DNA of 64,000 nt from positions 43,588,001 to 43,652,000 of the forward strand of contig OZ249436.1 of NCBI GenBank assembly GCA_965235115.1, read 5' to 3'. Source of the DNA: Laetmonice hystrix (taxonomy: Eukaryota). A program made the translations under genes and the position numbers. This document shows, one piece after another, positions 37,079 through 49,864 of the stretch (the stretch's first letter is position 1; every line of letters starts with the position of its first letter). The notes under the pieces were generated by a model, which saw only the letters and a program-made list of their open reading frames with translations, did not search any database and was not told the origin of the DNA.

Positions 37079-38234
37079 GTAAGGCAAACCCTAACACAGG
37101 TAAATGTCCTTGAATGATACCCCAGTGCAGGTCAAAATTTAGGGGTAGCTTCAGTTGTAGAAAACAGTGCTTGCAGTGAGAGGTGCGCACCAAATTCCGA
37201 TCGAGGAGCATGAATAACCACGCACACAATCAAAACAAAGAAGGTTAGCTAATCACACCTTGCAGTCATAACGACGGATTGGGAGTCGTTTTGTGGCCCC
37301 CTTCAATTGCTTCTGTCAGCACCAGGCTCCTGGCTGATGGAATTATAAATATCTGTGTCTGTACCATAGTGCTGACATTGTTCTGTTTCCTGTTTTGCAG
37401 GAGTGGGCTGCTCTGATCCAATTGCAGCAGTCGCAACATCAGCGTGGCCGTGGTGCTCCCTCTGCACGCAGACGTGCACAGATGAGGTTTCCAGGTCCAG
37501 GAGGACGAGGAAGTCCTGGTGGCCAGCTCTCCCCTGGCAGTAAAACAGGGACTCCGTCACGGAGATGGAGTCAGGGCAGCGGCCCATCACCCACGGAGAC
37601 AGCAGAGGCCACGAAGGAGAAACACGCCGAGCTGGCCAGACAGCGAGCAGAGCGGCTAGAGAGGAGAAAGGCTATGGCCACAGGTGAACCTTTTGACCCG
37701 ATTAAGATTAAAATCGAATCAAGTGATGAAGACAAAACTCCAACCAAAAAAGACACATCTGACCAAGGAAACAAGTCCGCTGACGATAATGTCAGCGAAA
37801 AGGAGACGAAGGAGGTAATTTCTTCTGAGGAACCACCAGGGGATACCAGTCAGGTCAACACAGACGCCGAGAAACCTGATGACAGCGCAGCTCCTAAAGA
37901 AGAGGACCACAAGGACAAGACAGAGCATACACCGGATAACGACAAAGAGGACCAAGGGAAGGACATGGCACCGAGCACCGGAACAAGTAACGTGCCGAGG
38001 AGGAGAGAGCAAGGAGGGCCAGGGCGGGAAGAAGGGGGTACCGCCTCGAATCCTGATGGAACATGGCTTCTCTCCAATAGTAGCTGGTTGCTTGGGGACT
38101 TGGAAGCAATGTCGGAAGATTCCTCGTGGAAAATGCAGCCTCACAGACAAGCTGAAGGAGGTGGCCGAGGTGGCGGCGGCGGTGACGAGGAGGGCAGCCA
38201 AGAAGGTAGCCAGGATGAGGGTATGCACAGCTAA
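36590..38234 (+). CDS. Gene B: uncharacterised ~440-aa protein with N-terminal 'EGLLGIT.DD' domain and RGG-rich/acidic disordered tail; join(36590..37078,37401..38234)
   Basis: Acceptor TTGCAG| at 36574 just before ACCATGG; phase-0 donor CAG|GTAAGG at 37078; phase-0 acceptor TTTTGCAG| at 37400 in frame with the 279-aa ORF; N-terminus homologous to gene A. Confidence 0.82.
37401..38234 (+). CDS. Gene B coding exon 2
   Basis: ORF 37395..38234 entered at a strong acceptor. Confidence 0.8.
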   Translation, partial: EWAALIQLQQSQHQRGRGAPSARRRAQMRFPGPGGRGSPGGQLSPGSKTGTPSRRWSQGSGPSPTETAEATKEKHAELARQRAERLERRKAMATGEPFDPIKIKIESSDEDKTPTKKDTSDQGNKSADDNVSEKETKEVISSEEPPGDTSQVNTDAEKPDDSAAPKEEDHKDKTEHTPDNDKEDQGKDMAPSTGTSNVPRRREQGGPGREEGGTASNPDGTWLLSNSSWLLGDLEAMSEDSSWKMQPHRQAEGGGRGGGGGDEEGSQEGSQDEGMHS

Positions 38235-40416
38235 ATGGTATGCTGCCATTCACACTGACTTACTCTTCAGAGAATCAGCATGTTACTCGAACATAAATTG
38301 GACTATTCTCGTAATGAACTTGTAATTTATTTCTTAAATTACTAGGACAGTTAGATGAAGCATTTTGCTGTGTATCATCTAAATATAGCAAAGCAGCACT
38401 TTGTAATATACATTGCATTTGGTACTATCTCAAAGCAAGGAAGCAAGCATTTTCTCTTTAGTGAGGTTTAGTCTGAACCAAAAATAACAAACCTATACTA
38501 ATCACATCGACAAAGCTGCCGGACTGATTTGAATTTACACCAGGAATTTGATCCATGACCACGCTGTAATGTTTTAACCATGTTCCACCAAGTCCACACA
38601 AAACCTTTCCACGTGAAGCATTACTAGGTGAGGGCAAAAGATACCTGAGGCATACCAAACGATGCCTTCAGATATGTGGGTCAGTGTATGTCGACACACT
38701 GGTCCATCGGCAGTCTTAAGGTGGCAGTCATTGTTACTCCCAGGTCCAATTATTGAGGGTAGGCCGAATCCTTAGTTCAAAGAGTACATCACCATGGAAT
38801 TAAAAGCAGGAAACTTTGACACAAATTAAAAAATAATAAAGTTCAAACTTTTTTTCTCCTGAATGCTTTTCCACACATCAGTCCATTGCATTTTTTTTGG
38901 GGGGGGGGTCTTTCCCAAAAATCAATCGAAGTTATGCGCATGAAACTCTAAGGAAGTGGTCCTTTGAAGTCCCTTGACTTGGTCTTATACGAGTCCCAAA
39001 TTTAAACTGTTTTTTGAGGCCAAGAGACTAACTTGTTACATAGTCAGTGACTGGTTTTTTGGTCAAAGGATGTTTGATTGGTCTCCGAATCTGTGAGTCG
39101 TGGAACCTGTGACTGGCAACAGAACCTGAGACGGAGTACTGTTTAGGAGAGCAATCGTGAAATTTGAGACTCCAGTCACCTCAAACTTTCTTGTGTGGTA
39201 GAACTTACAGTTTAATACTGGAACAAATTCAAAACGTTTTAAGTACCGAATTACATGTAAACACTGTAAAAATTGGCATTCATTGAGGCCTCAGCCAAAC
39301 AAAATACATTTGTATTCTTAAAACCGGTACTTATTTCACTCTCACCTCTTGTACCGGGGAGGCAAACGTTGGTCCAGTGATGATTGCGGGTGAGGAAGTA
39401 GGCATTGTACCATGGATATCAAAAATACAAGATGTTTAGCAAATCTGCGTTTAGCCGCAAGACAGCCACGGGGAGGTGTGAGCTGTCGTGAGACTAGTCC
39501 ACTTTGTGCATCAGTCGTCAGGAACTTTTCGGCATTAGTTGAGAGGAAACCCACCAGGTTGCGACAATCAACCGTGGCGCCACCTATGTTCAAAGTTAGT
39601 AAACAATATTCAGAGTAGAATTGAGGTTTCTCTTCCTGTGTTGTGGATTTAATTTAAAGAAATCACTGTTGTTTGAACTACGATAAGTTATAGGATAAAT
39701 GAAAACAAAGCTGATTGGAAAAGTTATAAAAATGAGAACCTTTAAAAGAAGAGAGTTTATGTCTATTTACTGCTGGTCAGGTATCCATGCCATATCCATG
39801 GTTTAATGGGAGGCAAAGCATAGAAAATACAGAGGATATTTATCAAGTTAAAACAGATTCTTCAACTGTATACGTCAAATGCCACAATATCATACGTAAT
39901 TTGGTTGTTACTAGGCATGATAAGGGATGAATGATAGTCTTGTAATACCATGTTATATACGTAATTCATTTTGTAAAAATAAGAATGAAAGATAATGAAA
40001 CCGACAAATGGTCTTTATAAAAATATCTTTACTGTAATTTTGTTTTCGATATGTTCAGTGAAATGCAGCATCATATCATGTGTTTCTAATGTTTAGAAGG
40101 ATTGCAAGAGTGAGACAAGACAAAAAAAGTATTGTTCTCACGACAGAGTGATTGGGAGAAAGGTTTGTTATTTGTTGTTCATGTAATCAACCTACTTGTT
40201 CCATAAGTTAAATCTACACAGGAAGATCAGTTTTTCGATCTGCTATGTCATGGACATGTCTTGGGATGCAGAATAAGGACCTGTCTAAACATTTCTACCT
40301 GAAGTGTGATCGGTCATAATTATCATGGTTGTCTTCACAATGATGGGTACAGTGCAACACCTAATGGTTGCCACATGAAACATAATTGGTCACCTACGGT
40401 GAGCTCCGGTCAACAA

Positions 40417-40684
40417 GTTACCATAGTTACCACATGAGTTTTGATTGGTCAGATTGAAGGCGTCACAGCGGTGATTGGTTGGAGTGGATCCATAGTCCAC
40501 CAACAGCATGGAGGTGGCACAGTTTCCGGTCGAGTTACCATAGTTACCACATGAGTTTTGATTGGTCAGATTGAAGGCGTCACAGCGGTGATTGGTTGGA
40601 GTGGATCCATAGTCCACCAACAGCATGGAGGTGGCACAGTTTCCGGTCGAGTTACCATAGTTACCACATCAGTTTTGATTGGTC
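40417..40684. repeat. 117-bp tandem duplication (~2.3 copies)
   Basis: Two near-identical units plus a partial third, starting GTTACCATAGTTACCACAT. Confidence 0.9.
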
Positions 40685-40790
40685 AAATTCAGAACCCCCT
40701 GGCGGATGGTTGCTGGGTCAGATGAGACAAAACAATAAAAATTGGTCATCACGTTACTTTGCTGGACGTGAGGTGATTACGGTGATTAAA

Positions 40791-41295
40791 GAACCACCCT
40801 GGAGAAGCCAGTGGGTTAAGGAACCACCCTGGAGAAGCCAGTGGGTTAAGGAACCACCCTGGAGAAGCCAGTGGGTTAAGGAACCACCCTGGAGAAGCCA
40901 GTGGGTTAATGAACCACCCTGGAGAAGCCAGGGGTTAATGAACCACCCTGGAGAAGCCAGTGGATTAAGGAACCACCCTGGAGAAGCCAGGGGTTAATGA
41001 ACCACCCTGGAGAAGCCAGGGGTTAATGAACCACCCTGGAGAAGCCAGTGGGTTAATGGACCACCCTGGAGCAGCCATTGGGTTAATGGACCACCCTGGA
41101 GAATCCAGTGGGTTAATGAACCACCCTGGAGAAGCCAGTGGGTTAATGAACCACCCTGGAGAATCCAGTGGGTTAATGAACCACCCTGGAGAAGCCAGTG
41201 GGTTAATGAACCACCCTGGAGCAGCCATTGGGTTAATGGACCACCCTGGAGAAGCCAGTGGGTTAAGGAACCACCCTGGAGAAGCCAATGGGTTA
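40791..41295. repeat. 30-bp minisatellite (GAACCACCCTGGAGAAGCCAGTGGGTTAAT), ~17 copies
   Basis: Tandem repeat. Confidence 0.95.
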
Positions 41296-43939
41296 CTGGT
41301 ATTTAGTATACAGAGCCGTAGTTAGATGGCATGATAGTGGCAGTTGTCGGTGTGAGAGCATGTACATATAACCCCAGATTCATTGTCCGCGGGTGCTCGG
41401 CAGTCACAGTCAGCAAACACACAGTGTATAGAGGCTGACGATTGCAAATCGGCATACATGTATCTTTTATTTATAGATGCTTCGCAAACTCATCAGATAT
41501 GTTGTGACTTTTATAGATTGTTGTAGGTAGCCATAGTTTGGTATCAGTCAAATTTCAATTTGCCCATAAAAGATAGCATCAGAAATTGGTGGGCAAGCTG
41601 CAAGGGAATTTAAAATTGGTTCACTGAAATTAGCAAAACAGACTAGTTTTAAAACGACCTCCTCGATTTAAACAAATGTCATCTTAGCTAAGTACCGTAG
41701 TTTGTTGTACCCTCATCCCAGGTCATCTATCGTCTGTTCCGTCTTTAGGACGCATGAAGCGATTCCGTGGTCCACTCCAACATGGTGGGCACCTGTAAAC
41801 CATTCAAGTCCATCAGTAAAATATATGTACAATAAAAGATGTTTGGTCATCATACAGCGGAGTCTGTGTTCTTTACAAAGAAATAAACAGCGGCGCCCCC
41901 ACTTGGAAATATCACCGCGCTGAAAATATTGCCACCTGTGTGACCATGGTAGTCGTTACTAATGATGGTTAAATTGTTACCACTACACGTATAGAAATAT
42001 CGATGATATTCTTCGTCACAATCTTCCAGTTTAGACTCTTGACATTCTTGACCGACAAAAAGTCAGACTTTTTATATTCTTAACTGGTAAAAAGTCAGAG
42101 ATATTTACAGTGATTACTAAAAAGTCAGGTTTTTAATTCGCGACCACTAAAAAGTCAGAATCTTCCAGTTTATTAACTGCCAAAAGTCAGACTTGACATT
42201 CTTGACCAATAAAAAGTAAAACAAGAGAAATCTTTTCAACCACTGAAAAGTCGCATTATTATAATAGTAGACATGCTAAGAGCTCAAAAATGGGTGAACA
42301 CTGCATTTTATAGTGCAAATGTCTAACTTGGCATGATTGGTCCTTAGGGCAAAAGGAAAAAAAATATCCAAAGAGACAAGTTGTCTCTATGCATAGAGGC
42401 CCCTAATTTGCATAAATTATGCTAATTAGCACCCGACGGAAGTCGATTTCTAACTTTTGAACCAATTCACTTAGAAATACGTGTGATAGGTGGATTTCAA
42501 CTAATTTGGGGGTCAGAAATCCATTTGCAGGGTTATTTTGACATAATTTTGGCGGCCATTTTGACCCTCAAATTCAAGATGGCCGCCAGCAACCATCTGA
42601 AATCTAGCCTAAAGGTACTTCATAATTTAAACTAATTGAGGACAAACTTGTGTTATGCATGGATTTTTATTTTTGGGGGTTGGGAAACTCATTTCTGTCA
42701 TTTCTTTGCAATAAGAGTCCATGTTTAAGGTAAAATCCAAGATGGCTGCTCTTGGGTAGGCCTATAGGGCCTATTAGAAAACATGATTGGCCTAGGCCTA
42801 TATCAAACGCATGAAAATTGAATATAGTCCGGCAGCCAAAGGGCTGAACCTGGAAATGTGGTATAACTTTTATTTTTTGATGGATTTAAGGTGCCAAGGT
42901 CGTCCTGAGTGAGAATCCGCCTGATGCCAGCTTGGCACCCTTGAGCATTTTTTCTAATTTGCATAAATCCAATATGGCCGCCATCTTACCCATGGCGATT
43001 CACTTTTGGCATTATCTCCACCCGTAAATTGACTTTTTTCATTATATAATTTTTTTCTTAGGAGGTTCTGGGACAGAGGAATCGGTTACAAGAAAAAAAA
43101 AGAATGATTGGCCGCGCCCTCATTTGCATAAATTAAATATGGCCGCCATCTTAACACGAATTTGAGCTATTCTGGCTATATCTCAACGTCAAAATGGAAT
43201 TTTACTCTTTACAAAGTACTGTTCAGGGGATAAATGACGTACACAATCTTTTTGCAGTGATACATATTCTAATTGGTCCACCCCTCATTTGCATAAATCC
43301 AATATGGCCGCCATCTTACCCATGGCGATTCACGTTTGGCATTATCTCCAAACGTAAATTGACTTTTTTCATTATTTAATTTTTTTCCTAGGAGGTTCTG
43401 GGACAGAGGAATCGGTTGCAAGAAAAAAAAGAGTGATTGGCCGCCCATCATTTGCATAAATTAAATATGGCCGCCATCTTAACACGAATATGAGCTATTC
43501 TGGCCATATCTCAACGTCAAAATGGAATTTTACTCTTTATAAAGTACTGTTCAGGGGATAAATGACGTACACAATCTTTTTGCAGTGATACATATTCTAA
43601 TTGGTCCCCCCCCTCATTTGCATAAATCCAATATGGCCGCCATCTTACCCATGGCGATTCACTTTTGGCATTATCTCCAACTGTAAATTGACTTTTTTCA
43701 TTATGTAAATTATTTTTTAGGAGGTTCTGGGAATCGGTTACTAGAAGAAAAAGAGTGATTGGCTCGTTCCCTCATTTGCATAAATTAAATATAGCCGCCA
43801 TGTTGGCCAGAACTCTGGCTATTCTGGCTAAATCTTCAGTGAGTTTATTCTTTAAAAAAGCTCATTTGCAATATGTAGTCTATTTCTTGTGGCAAGAAAG
43901 TGAAGTGGCAAGCAATCTATGTTGATATTGTTACCAATG

Positions 43940-45205
43940 AGGGCTCCCTTAGCCTACATGTTTTGACTGAACTTAGACTGAAACAAACACTAGAGTGAGG
44001 GCTCCCCACAGGTATTGACTGCCCTTGGGCTGGAGCAAACACTACAGTGAGGGCTGCCTCGATGTATTGACTGCCCTTCGGCTGGAGCAAGCGGTACAGT
44101 GAACGCTCCCTACATGTATTGAGTGGCGTCATACTCGAGCAAACATTACTCTACATGGATTGACTGCGCTTGGGCTGGAGCAAACGCTACAGTGAGGACT
44201 CCCTACATGTATTGACTGGCCTTATACTCGAGCAAACACTACAGTGAGGGCTCCCAACATGTACTGTCTGGCCTTTTGCGCTCACTGTTAGTCTTTGCTC
44301 GAGTATAAGGCCAGTCAGTACATGTTGTGACCCCTCACTGTAGTGTTTGCACGAGTATAAGGCCAGACGGTACATGTTGGGAGCCCTCACTGTAGTGTTT
44401 GCTCCAGGCCTAGGGCAGTCAATACATGTAGGGAGCCCTCACTGTAGTGTTTGCTCCAGTCTAAGGCCAGCCAATACATGTAGAGAACCCTCACTCTAGT
44501 ATTTGCTAGAGTATAAGGCCAGTCAGTCGATGTGGTGACCTTTCACTGTAGTGTTTGCTCGATTATAAGGCCAGACGGTCCATGTTGGGAGCCCACACTG
44601 TAGTGTTTGTTCGAGTATGACGCCACTCACTACATGTAGTGAACCCTCACTGTACGGTTTGCTGCAGCCCATGGCCAGTCATTACATGGAGGGAACCCTC
44701 CCTGTAGTGTTTGCTCGAGTATAAGGCCAGTCAGTACATGTTGTGACCCCTCATTGTAGTGTTTGCTCGAGTATAAGGTGCCCTCACTTTAGTGTTTGCT
44801 TCAGTCTAACCTCAGTCAAAACATGTAGGGAACCCTCACTGTACTGTTTCCCCCAGCGCTAAGCCAGTCTTTCCATGGAGGGAGCCCTCACTGTAGTGTT
44901 TGCTTCAGTCTAAGCTCAGTCAATCTATGTACAGAGCCCTCACTGTACTGTTTGCTCGAGTGTAAGGCCAGACGGTACATGTTAGGAGCTCTCACTGTAC
45001 TGTTTACTCCAGTCCAAGGCCAGCCAATACATTTAGAGAGCCCTCACTGTAGTGTTTGCTTCGGTCTAAGCTCAGTCAATCCATGTACATAGCCCTCACT
45101 GTAGTGTTTGCTCGAGTATAAGGCCAGACAGTCCATGTTGGGGGCCCTCACTGTAGTGTTTGCTCGAGTATAAGGCCAGGCAGTACATGTTGGGAGCCCT
45201 CACTG
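43940..45205. repeat. 52-bp satellite inside FB1 (CCCTCACTGTAGTGTTTGCTC..), polarity switches at ~44275
   Basis: CCCTCACT recurs at 44332, 44384, 44436, 44488 etc.; reverse-complement units at 43940-44275. Confidence 0.88.
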
Positions 45206-45743
45206 TATTTTTCTTTTGAAATGCACGGGCATCAGGGGTAACCCAATTACTTTGACAATGAGAAAAGTTGTATAGTCCTCTACAGGAATCGAACCCAGGC
45301 CCTAAGATTACTGCACCCATTCGCATAGCATAAGGTGTCGACACCCATGCCCACTCGGCCACCGCGACTCCCCTAAAAAAGGAGCTTTGGTGGTCGAGCA
45401 GGACAATGGACCCTCCCCCCTACACACATCTTTTTGAAATGAGACGGAATCCATATTTTCCTAGTTAGAGCTACACATGATTTCTACCGAACATTGACTG
45501 TTAAGGTATTCCTGGCACTGGCGTAGACTGTATTTTTCTTTTGAAATGCACGGGCATCAGGGGTAACCCAATTACTTTGACAATGTCCCTAAAGAGAAAA
45601 GTTGTATAGTCCTCTACAGGAATCGAACCCAGGCCCTAAGATTACTGCACCCATTCGAATAGCATAAGGTGTCGACACCCATGCCCACTCGGCCACCGCG
45701 ACTCCCCTAAAAAAGGAGCTTTGGTGGTCGAGCAGGACAATGG
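45202..45743 (-). mobile_element. Two tandem tRNA-derived (SINE-like) cassettes (45202-45480, 45527-45743)
   Basis: Minus strand GTCGCGGTGGCCGAGTGG (A box) ... GGTTCGATTCC (B box); same sequence as the copies at 49.3-51.4 kb. Confidence 0.7.
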
Positions 45744-47838
45744 TCAGTCTAAGCTCAGTCAAAACATGTAGGGAGCCCTCACTGGCAACAATATCAACAG
45801 AGATTGCTTACCACTTCACTTTCTTGCCACAAGAAATAGATTACATATTGCAAATGAGCTTTTTTAATGAGTAAAACTCATTTTGACGTGAAGATATAGC
45901 CAGAATAGCTCGAGTTCTGGCTAACATGGCGCTATATTTAATTTATGCAAATGAGGGAGCGAGCCAATCACTCTTCTTCTTCTAGGAACCGATTCCCAAA
46001 ACCTCCTAAAAATAATTTACATAATGAAAAAAGTCAATTTACAGTTGGAGATAATGCCAAAAGTGACTTACAATGGGTAAGATGGCGGCCATATTGGATT
46101 TATGCAAATGAGGGGTGGACCAATTAGAATATGTATCACTGCAAAAAGATTGTGTACGTCATTTATCCCCTGAACAGTACTTTATAAAGAGTAAAATTCC
46201 ATTTTGACGTTGCGATATAGCCAAAATAGCTCAAATTCGTGTTAAGATGGCGGCCATATTTAATTTATGCAAATGAGGGCGCGGCCAATCATTCTTTTTT
46301 TCTTGTGACCGATTCCTCTGTCCCAGAACCTCCTAGGAAAAAAATTATACACTGAAAAAAGTCAATTTACGGGTGGAGATAATGCCAAAAGTGAATCGCC
46401 ATGGGTAAGAACCATATACAACATGTACCGTAAGCTAGATTTCAGATGGTTGCTGGCGGCCATCTTGGATTTGAGCCAATTGAGGGTCAAAATGGCCGCC
46501 AAATGTCAAAATAACCCTGCAGATGGATTTCTAACCCCCAAATTAGTTGAAATCCACCTATCACACGTATTTCTAAGTGAATTGGTTCAAAAGTTAGAAA
46601 TCTACTTCCGTCGGGTGCTAATTAACATAATTTATGCAAATTAGGGGCCTCTATGCATAGAGACAACTTGTCTCTTTGGATATTTTTTTTCCTTTTGCCC
46701 TAAGGCTAAGGACCAATCATGCCAAGTTAGACATTTGCACTATAAAATGCAGTGTTCACCCCCTTACCATGTCTACTATAACACCAAGTACAATATTTAG
46801 GAGTGAGCCGCCTTTGATTTTTTTTTTGGTGCAGGAAAAGGAAAGGGGGCAACGTCCCCCCCCCCCCCCCCCGTCCCTACTCTGACGCGCCTGTCCAGAA
46901 GGCAGCAAGGATCGTGTCCTGGAAGTTGACGCTGGTCCCAGCTCACGGACGCCCCCTAGCGGAGACCCCGAAGGGCTTGTCCGCACCGCAGGTGCCCGTT
47001 GTAATGCTTTCCGCCTGTTCATTGTAGCCGCAATTTTCCCCGCCACGCGTCAACATCCGGTACGTGGTGTGAAGCTGTCAGACTCGACGGTAGACAGAAA
47101 GGTAAATGCCGTACAATATTGTTCGTTTTAAAATGATAATTTCATGACAAACATTCACGTTGCTGTAGGTAATGATACATGATGCATGTATAGTGTGAAG
47201 CTATTCGATTAGAAGTGTGTACGGGACCTGATTATCATGTGACAATGTCAATCCCGACGCCACGACTAGCTCTGTAAACGGCTACGGCTGCTACTAGTGC
47301 TAGGCCTGGCCCTGGCCCTGGGCATACCGTGTGGGCGTGCCGTGGCGTGGGGCTGGGTCTGTGGGGAGGCCGACACGGGCCAGCAGTGCGCTGCCGCCGT
47401 GCGCTGCCGCCGATCGGGCTCCCCTCCCCAGCTGTCCAGGGAAGTTCATTACCAGCCACATCTTTAAACGTTTATGATCCTAATTCCTATACTGCTGGTT
47501 CTATATGTCTAACTTCTAACTTAAAAGGGGTATATATGGGTCCTATTTTTTATGCCTGTGTCCCAGTGTCACATGATAAGAAATTTTTCCGTGTCGCATG
47601 TCACTTTTTAAAATGATTCAACCGTGTCGTGTGTCACTTTTTAAGCAGTGCTCTTATGTCCAATGTCAAGTTTTAACATAATTATAGGCCTACCGGCTAC
47701 GTATAACACTTAAACAAAGAGATAAAAATAATAGAATATTAGCAGTGCATAGTATTACGCAAGATATGGAGATAGTTTGGCAGTCTCCTACATAGGAGTG
47801 GTCCTAGATGTGGTCCTAGTACCATTAGTTCATGTCCC

Positions 47839-47962
47839 CTAGTCTCTAAAACGTGACGGAAGTTTGACTACTCGGCCCATTCTTGTAGTGGACAGAGCAG
47901 GTAGTGGGACAGGCTCAGCTTCATCTGTGTCAATGGGTTCATGACGTGAATGGTCCTCCAAA
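47839..47962 (-). pseudogene. Remnant terminal exon of the element's own gene (..TTRMGRVVKLPSRFRD*)
   Basis: Acceptor TTTTCAG| then 40 codons and a stop, ending in a TRxGRxVKxPxRF-type tail seen at the C-termini of integrases/transposases; mirrored at 61903-62026. Confidence 0.5.
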
Positions 47963-49326
47963 CTGAAAATACCTTAGCCTAATTCCTACGCCACTGATAG
48001 ATGGATATTGGCATGTTTAGAACGTAACAGAGAGGTTGCCACTGACCACTATCTCTCACTAACGCCCGGCAACGACACTGCCACTGGCCAGTAGGCCTAG
48101 GCTAGATCTAAATTATAATAGTAAATCATAATGGCAGTATGGCGACTGTACTGTAGGCTAGTAGAGGAGAGTCTAGTAGTAACTGTACAGTCGCCATAAT
48201 TTGTTTCAAATCCTATTTTTCCGACTGACATCTAATCAAAGAACACGCCTGATTCTTATCGGACTTTGACAGACTTTGAGACATCTGCTGGCCTAGCCAT
48301 CTTCGTTCATGGCGATTCGACTAATAGTCCATTTGACAGTCCTATGTGTTCAATACACAACCTAGAAATGTTCTTTCCTATGAATTTTTTTTGTTGATTT
48401 ATACTCTAATGGGGTCCTAGAACAAATTTAACTTGGTTGCCCAAAGGGCAACTTTGGGCAAATCTCGTAATCTGCATAAATCCAAGATGGCCGGCCAACG
48501 CCACCTTGAAAATTTAACTTTTGAACCACTTGCCTTAGAATGATGTATAATGCATCATTTTAGGGGTTTTTGGGTATGTAGAATCCATTTCTGATGTTAT
48601 TTTTTCAATTGAATGTCAAGGTCAGGTCAAATTCAAGATGGCCGCCCAACGCTACCTTGAAAATTTAACTTTTGAACCACTTGCTTTAGAATGATGTATA
48701 ATACGTCATTTTAGGGGTTTTTGGGTATGTAGAATCCATTTCTGATGTTATTTTTTCAATTGAAGGTCAAGGTCAGGTCAAATTCAAGATGGCCGCCTAA
48801 CGCCACCTTGAAAATTTAACTTTTGAACCACTTGCCTTAGAATGATGTATAATACGGTACGTCTTTTTAGGGGTTTTTGGGCATGTAGAATCCATTTCTG
48901 ATGTTATCTTTTCAATTGAAGGTCAAGGTCATTTCAAATTCAAGGTGGCCGCCCAACACCACCTTGAAAATTTAACTTTTGAACCACTTGCATTAGAATG
49001 ATGTATAATACATCTTTTTAGGGGTTTTTGGGTGTGTAGAATCAATCCAATTCTGCTGTTATTTTTTCAATTGAAGGTCAAGGTCAGGTTAGGGTCTTAG
49101 AATGGCAATAAACGGCTGGTAACAAACAGGAGGCTCCCTTGTAAACCCACAGGAAACAGGCCAGCCAGTACCATGACTTCTCACTGTACTGTTTGGCCTC
49201 CATGCACTGTTTGGCCTCACTGTACTGTTTGCCCTCACTGTATTGTTTGGCCTCACTATACTGTTTGGTGGGGTATATAGGGCCCTAATCACTACAGTCA
49301 TGTGGGGTATATAGGTTCCTAATCAC

Positions 49327-49851
49327 GGGGGAGTGGCGGTGGCCGAGTGGGCATGGGCGTCGATACCTTATGCTATGCGAATGGGTGCAGTAATCTTGGG
49401 GCCGGGGTTCGATTCCTGTAGAGGACTATACAACTTTTCTCTTTAGGGACATTGTCAAAGTAATGGGTTACCCCTGATGCCCGTGCATTTCAAAAGAAAA
49501 ATACAGTCAGGTGGGGTATATAGGGCCCTAATGACTACAGTCAGGTGGCGTATAGGTTCCTAATCATGTGTAGCTCTAACTAGGAAAATATGGATTCCGT
49601 CTCATTTCAAAAAGATGTGTGTAGGGGGGAGGGTCCATTGTCCTGCTCGACCACCAAAGCTCCTTTTTTAGGGGAGTGGCGGTGGCCTAGTGGGCATGGA
49701 TGTCGACACCTTATGCTATGCGAATGGGTGCAGTAATCTTAGGGCCTGGGTTCGATTCCTGTAGAGGACTATACAACTTTTCTCTTTAGGGACATTGTCA
49801 AAGTAATTGGGTTACGCCTGATGCCCGTGCATTTCAAAAGAAAAATACAGT
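49327..49851 (+). mobile_element. tRNA-derived SINE-like cassettes (49327-49507, 49565-49851)
   Basis: A box GGTGGCC(G/T)AGTGG and B box GGTTCGATTCC; common 3' end AAAAGAAAAATACAGT. Confidence 0.7.
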
Positions 49852-49864
49852 CAGGTGGGGTATA

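Larger units (their letters stand above)
42265..46778. mobile_element. Foldback DNA transposon FB1 (non-autonomous, Academ-like termini)
   Basis: Termini TAGTAGACATG..CATGTCTACTA; TAA direct repeat at 42262-42264 and 46779-46781; ~1-kb+ inverted arms built of ~165/330-bp subrepeats; no ORF. TAG..CTA ends with a 3-bp TSD fit Academ (family call is inference). Confidence 0.75.

Noticed and set aside
42050..42255. CRISPR-like repeat/spacer pattern (AAAAGTCAG every ~30 bp)
   Set aside because: The conserved part is only ~9 bp, the spacers resemble one another, the context is eukaryotic and there are no cas genes; better explained as degenerate transposon subterminal repeats.
49330..49430. Functional tRNA gene
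   Set aside because: A and B boxes are present, but I could not fold an anticodon arm or a full acceptor stem; multiple truncated copies indicate a repeat.
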